Shown piece after piece: positions 59,993 to 64,000 of a stretch of DNA of 64,000 nt. The translations under genes were made by a program, and so were the position numbers. How positions within the stretch are numbered: the first letter of the stretch is position 1; each line of letters opens with the position of its first letter. This DNA is from Eubacterium sp. (GTDB taxonomy: Bacteria; Bacillota; Clostridia; Oscillospirales; Acutalibacteraceae): NCBI GenBank assembly GCA_051892435.1, contig JBJFGE010000039.1:52766-116765 (forward strand). Reading direction: 5' to 3'. The notes beneath the pieces were generated by a model that searched no databases, was not told the DNA's origin, and was given only the letters and a program-made list of their open reading frames with translations.

Positions 59993-60016
59993 GCAACTAT
60001 ATGCAGAAGTAATTTA

Positions 60017-60058
60017 AAAGGCTATGCCAAACCGTTTATGCGGAATGGCATAGCCTTT
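60017..60058. terminator. bidirectional terminator
   Basis: aaaggctatgcca...tggcatagccttt between convergent genes. Confidence 0.75.
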
Positions 60059-60072
60059 AATATTTGTATTGA

Positions 60073-61914
60073 TTACTCTACAGATACAGATAATGCAGGA
60101 ATAAATTCGCCGTCAGCTTCAGTATATTCGACACTTACTGTATCTCCCTTGCTTATCAAAAGTACCTCCATACAATCAGTAACCTTGATGTAATAGTACT
60201 TTCCGTCAACCTTGAGATAATAAACGGTGTTACCGTCATTTACGGAGTTCTTTATGTCTGTTACTTCACCTGTTAAGGTTAAGGTGTCCTCCTTTACAGG
60301 TGTCTGACTGTCAACATTGCTGTCAGCTCCTGTTAAATCTTCCTCATCAACGATAACGTCATCTTTGTTTACATCGTCTGCAACTCCCTTTTCGCCAAGT
60401 GCATCAATGTAATTTTCAAGAGCACTGTTAAGTGCCTTAACATCACTCTTTGCAACATCAAGAAGTCCTGTGCCGACAACAGTCTTATCCTCAAGACTTA
60501 CAAACGCATAACCCTTTACTGTGTTACTGTCGCCGTAAAGTGACATAAAGTATGTTGGATTTCCGTCAATTCCAAGTAAAATCGGGAATGTTGCCATATA
60601 GCCGTAGTTCTGTACAGCGTCCTGTGCAGACTGCTGAGCAGAAATTTCCATAGCACCGGCATTAGGATAATATCTTGCTTCCTTTGTACGCTGATTGCAG
60701 AGAATGAAGCCGAAGTTTGATGAGTCAGACTCAGAGGATGTAACGCCTGTATATACCCAAACGTCATCATCCATTGCTATATTACCGCTACCTGTAGAAG
60801 CAATATTTACATCATTCTGGAAGATGATTGAGTTCCAGAAGCCGTTTTGAAGCTTTCCGTGATAGTTATACTGCTCAATAAGAAGTGACTCGCTGTAAAC
60901 AACATCAATCCAGTTAAGAGAGCTATCTGTCTTAACCTCTTCAATATCATAATAATTGCTTTCACCGTTAAGAGCGTCTGTTATTATAACACCTTTAACA
61001 TCAGTACCGCCGAAAAGACCGATTGTCTTTTCAAGCACAGCTGTAATCCAGTATGGGTGCATATCATCGTCAATTTCAAAGTTAGGAGTGTCAAGCAATT
61101 CAGTAGGATACTGGAAACGAAGGTGTCTTATAAGCTTTTCGTTAAACAGCTCAGTAGGAGAATACTTAATTCCCTCTCCGAATTTTTCAACACAGTTTAC
61201 TGCTGTTACCTTCTGGCTTACAAGGTCAATTGCCATATATGCCGGAAGACCGTTCTTTGTGTTGTTAAACCACTTGAACACATCTGCGTATTCAAGATAA
61301 GCAACTCTGTAAGGAGTGTTCTTGTAGTTAATTTGAGTAGAATTTGATGAAACTACATACTGGCTCTTATACTCGGAAAGAGAGCCTAACTGCTGATCTG
61401 CAAGAGTGAGGGCTCTTTTAGCATCAAGACGAGGTACCTTGTCATAGCTGATATCCTCGAAATCAGTTGTGAAATCGCCATCCTTAATTTCCATCAGTTG
61501 ACTATAGGAATGTGCTCTGAAAAGTGTAACGCCTGTAAGTGTACCAACACACATTACCACAATTATTACGCCGATTATCGCAATTGGTATTATTGATTTT
61601 TTCTTCACATATTCTTTTCTTTCAATTTTCTTATTTGCCTTGCATACAAGAGCAAAAGAAAACATAAACACTGCAACAAGCAGAATAAGAAAGATATAAA
61701 GCTGTGAATCGTGTATGTTGAGAGCCGGAAGCATCATATAGTATGCAACTGCACCTACAACAATTGTCATTAAAAGTGAGAGAAGAATACGAAGCGGCAT
61801 CTTTCCCGGCTTAACAACTGCCTCAACCTCATCACCTTTAGGCCATTTGATTTTTTCCTTGAATTCATTGATAACCTCATCGGCATCATAATCCATATTT
61901 GGTATGTTGTCCAT
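60073..61914 (-). CDS. conserved membrane protein with a large extracellular domain, function unknown
   Basis: Three N-terminal TM segments followed by about 480 aa of soluble sequence. Confidence 0.7.
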   Translation of the reverse strand: MDNIPNMDYDADEVINEFKEKIKWPKGDEVEAVVKPGKMPLRILLSLLMTIVVGAVAYYMMLPALNIHDSQLYIFLILLVAVFMFSFALVCKANKKIERKEYVKKKSIIPIAIIGVIIVVMCVGTLTGVTLFRAHSYSQLMEIKDGDFTTDFEDISYDKVPRLDAKRALTLADQQLGSLSEYKSQYVVSSNSTQINYKNTPYRVAYLEYADVFKWFNNTKNGLPAYMAIDLVSQKVTAVNCVEKFGEGIKYSPTELFNEKLIRHLRFQYPTELLDTPNFEIDDDMHPYWITAVLEKTIGLFGGTDVKGVIITDALNGESNYYDIEEVKTDSSLNWIDVVYSESLLIEQYNYHGKLQNGFWNSIIFQNDVNIASTGSGNIAMDDDVWVYTGVTSSESDSSNFGFILCNQRTKEARYYPNAGAMEISAQQSAQDAVQNYGYMATFPILLGIDGNPTYFMSLYGDSNTVKGYAFVSLEDKTVVGTGLLDVAKSDVKALNSALENYIDALGEKGVADDVNKDDVIVDEEDLTGADSNVDSQTPVKEDTLTLTGEVTDIKNSVNDGNTVYYLKVDGKYYYIKVTDCMEVLLISKGDTVSVEYTEADGEFIPALSVSVE

Positions 61915-62017
61915 ATAAGTTCTCCTTGTTTTATCTTCAGCACATTATGCTGTCTTATAATTATACAGTAAACAGAAGTTTTGTGCAAGACAATATAAAA
62001 AATATAACAAAAATTTA

Positions 62018-62046
62018 AAAAACAGCCCTGAAAACAGGGCTGTTTA
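62018..62046 (-). terminator. intrinsic terminator
   Basis: aaaaacagccctg-aaaa-cagggctgttt. Confidence 0.75.
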
Positions 62047-62068
62047 TATGTTTTGCAGTTAAGTGTAA

Positions 62069-63058
62069 TTAGCCGATAAGAGTTACACCCTTACTGTCCA
62101 TAAGATATTCTGCTGATGCAGGGTAGCTCCACTTCATTGTGATATCAAGGCTTGCACTCTTATCCTTAATAACAAGGATGTTTGCGTGTGTAACTGATAC
62201 ATAAGCCTTCATCTCATATACACCGCTGATAATTTCCTTAGTGCTTGTGTCGATAGTAACAGTTGCAACACCGTTCTTATAATCAACGATACAGTTATCA
62301 GCAGTTGTGCCCTGTGACCAGCTAAGCTGGCTAATGCTGTCAACAGTCTTGTCAATAGCACCAAGTGACTGGAACACATGACCTTGAGCGTCCTTACCGG
62401 GCATACTCATATTAACAGCTTTAGGCTGAAGCTGGATTGTGATAGTTCCGTCACCGTTATCAGTAACATTAGCTGCAAGGATATCTTCAGGAACAAGACG
62501 GCTGGTCTGAAGTGATTCACCGTTACCGTCCCACTCATCTGTATCAAGGTCAGGATTTCTGTTTGTACTTGGTACAAGACCGTTAAGTCCGGGATTATAA
62601 AGTCCGCCTACAATACCGGGAACAAGACCATCAATCATAGAGTTTGAAGAACCGTCAATCTTGATATTACCAACCTGAAGATCCTCTTCACCGAGAAGCT
62701 TATAGTAAGTCTGAGTATTGCCGTCTGCGTCCTTATACTGACATGTTAAAGTCTTAGAATAATTGTAAGCTTCAACATAGTAGTTAACAACATCGTCAAC
62801 TGTCTGGAAGTCAATACCGCCGTATGTATTTGGAACAAATTCATCAATTACTGCTGCATCGCCATCGCTTGCTCCGGTATCAGCACCGTCTGCTGCACCA
62901 TCAGCTCCGCCGTTCTGCCAGCTACCATCCTTAATCTCGTGAATAGCCTGAATAGCACCGTCTGTTACATAATTAATCTTTGCACATCCTGCAAATGAGC
63001 TTGCAATAAGACCTGTTGCAAGCACAAGGCATAAGCCTTTTTTAACATATTTGTTCAT
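62069..63058 (-). CDS. uncharacterised lipoprotein (paralog of 52668-53594)
   Basis: FAGC lipobox; Gly/Ala/Asp linker; conserved blocks shared with the 52.7 kb gene. Confidence 0.75.
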   Translation of the reverse strand: MNKYVKKGLCLVLATGLIASSFAGCAKINYVTDGAIQAIHEIKDGSWQNGGADGAADGADTGASDGDAAVIDEFVPNTYGGIDFQTVDDVVNYYVEAYNYSKTLTCQYKDADGNTQTYYKLLGEEDLQVGNIKIDGSSNSMIDGLVPGIVGGLYNPGLNGLVPSTNRNPDLDTDEWDGNGESLQTSRLVPEDILAANVTDNGDGTITIQLQPKAVNMSMPGKDAQGHVFQSLGAIDKTVDSISQLSWSQGTTADNCIVDYKNGVATVTIDTSTKEIISGVYEMKAYVSVTHANILVIKDKSASLDITMKWSYPASAEYLMDSKGVTLIG

Positions 63059-63273
63059 TTTCAGGGTTCCCCTTTCAAAATTGTACATATCCGTTTCTAT
63101 AAAACGTCACATACTAAATTTATATTAATTTAGCAAAAAAGTCAATAGAAATTTAAAAAATATGTATCTATTTTTTTATATTTTCGATAATATTTCAATT
63201 TTAATTGAGATTTTTCATCGTATATGGTATAATCTCTGCTGAAATATAGTTTCAAAAGATAGGAGTGTAGAAA

Positions 63274-64000
63274 ATGAGATGCAGAAACTGCGGAACTGAA
63301 AATGACGATAACAGATATATATGTGAAAACTGCGGTTCTCCCCTCTATGATGAGGATAATATAAATGAGAACGAAAAAACTCAAACCTTTAAGGCAGTCA
63401 ATAATACAGACGACTATGCACGGGAAACAGAAGTTGACAGAAGCTCAAGAACAACTGTCCCATACAATAGTAATAACAGCGAACAGCCAAACGGCACAAA
63501 CAATGATAAATCTACAGATAAAAAGAGCATAATAGTAATCGCTGTTCTTGTTGTAGTTCTTGTTGCTATTATTGCATCTATAGTTGCTATTGCAAGCGGA
63601 AGAAAAGCTGATAAAGCAGATGAAAACGGTACATCTGAGCTCACAAAAATTTCCACTACCGTTTCAACAACATCAAATACAACCGAAAGGGAAACCACAA
63701 CGGAGGAAGAAACCGAAACAACTACCGAAAAGACTACAACTGCCGCAACACTATGGATTATAAATACAAGCAGTAGCGGAGGCGGAAAAACCCAAGGCGA
63801 CGGAAAATATAAAAACGGCGACAAGGTTACGCTTACAGCAATAGCAGACGACGGCTATGTATTTGACGGATGGTACTCAAACGGTATTAAAGTCAGCAAC
63901 GAGACTAAATACACATTTACTGCTAATGAAAATGCAAGCTTTTCTGCAGTATTCAATCCTGTTGAAACAACTGCCCCTTCAACTGAAGCACCTACTGACA
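63274..64000 (+). CDS. Zn-ribbon + TM + Thr-rich linker + InlB-B/Flg_new-like repeat surface protein (partial, runs off window)
   Basis: Translated by hand, absent from the ORF track: MRCRNCGTEN..CENCG, TM IIVIAVLVVVLVAIIA, TTT-rich stalk, GDKVTLTA.ADDGYVFDGWY; AGGAG SD. Confidence 0.8.
   Translation, partial: MRCRNCGTENDDNRYICENCGSPLYDEDNINENEKTQTFKAVNNTDDYARETEVDRSSRTTVPYNSNNSEQPNGTNNDKSTDKKSIIVIAVLVVVLVAIIASIVAIASGRKADKADENGTSELTKISTTVSTTSNTTERETTTEEETETTTEKTTTAATLWIINTSSSGGGKTQGDGKYKNGDKVTLTAIADDGYVFDGWYSNGIKVSNETKYTFTANENASFSAVFNPVETTAPSTEAPTD

Noticed and set aside
63414-63824. 136-aa minus-strand ORF
   Set aside because: It is the antisense shadow of the Thr-rich plus-strand gene starting at 63274.

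Overview
Low-GC chromosomal segment from a Bacillota (Clostridia) anaerobe; gene content and style suggest Oscillospirales, which is an inference. It is mostly housekeeping and metabolic genes (alr, yhaM, prmA, coaX, mfd, pth, secA, pckG, tsaD, rimI, polA, two GH2 and one GH13 glycosidase, PhoPR with a Na/Pi transporter, tRNA-Gly). The standout feature is a compact, intact, tightly packed ~10.1 kb phage-derived operon (14446-24540, minus strand). It encodes small and large terminase, portal, prohead protease, major capsid, three neck-like proteins and a Mu/PBSX-type baseplate with a short fibre. I see no integrase, repressor, replication or lysis gene, and no tail sheath, tail tube or tape-measure gene; a 28-codon coupled mini-ORF sits where those tail genes would be. 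This looks like a domesticated gene-transfer-agent-like, possibly tail-less particle system. Other notable items are a macrodomain-HTH plus vWA module with a candidate operator and anti-SD inverted repeat, a Zn-ribbon/PASTA pseudokinase, three GTAG-type REP/REPIN-like elements (one with a nested insert), a pair of uncharacterised paralogous surface proteins, and a Pho-box locus next to phosphoesterase and PI-PLC genes. All protein calls come from motif recognition and gene order, not database searches.
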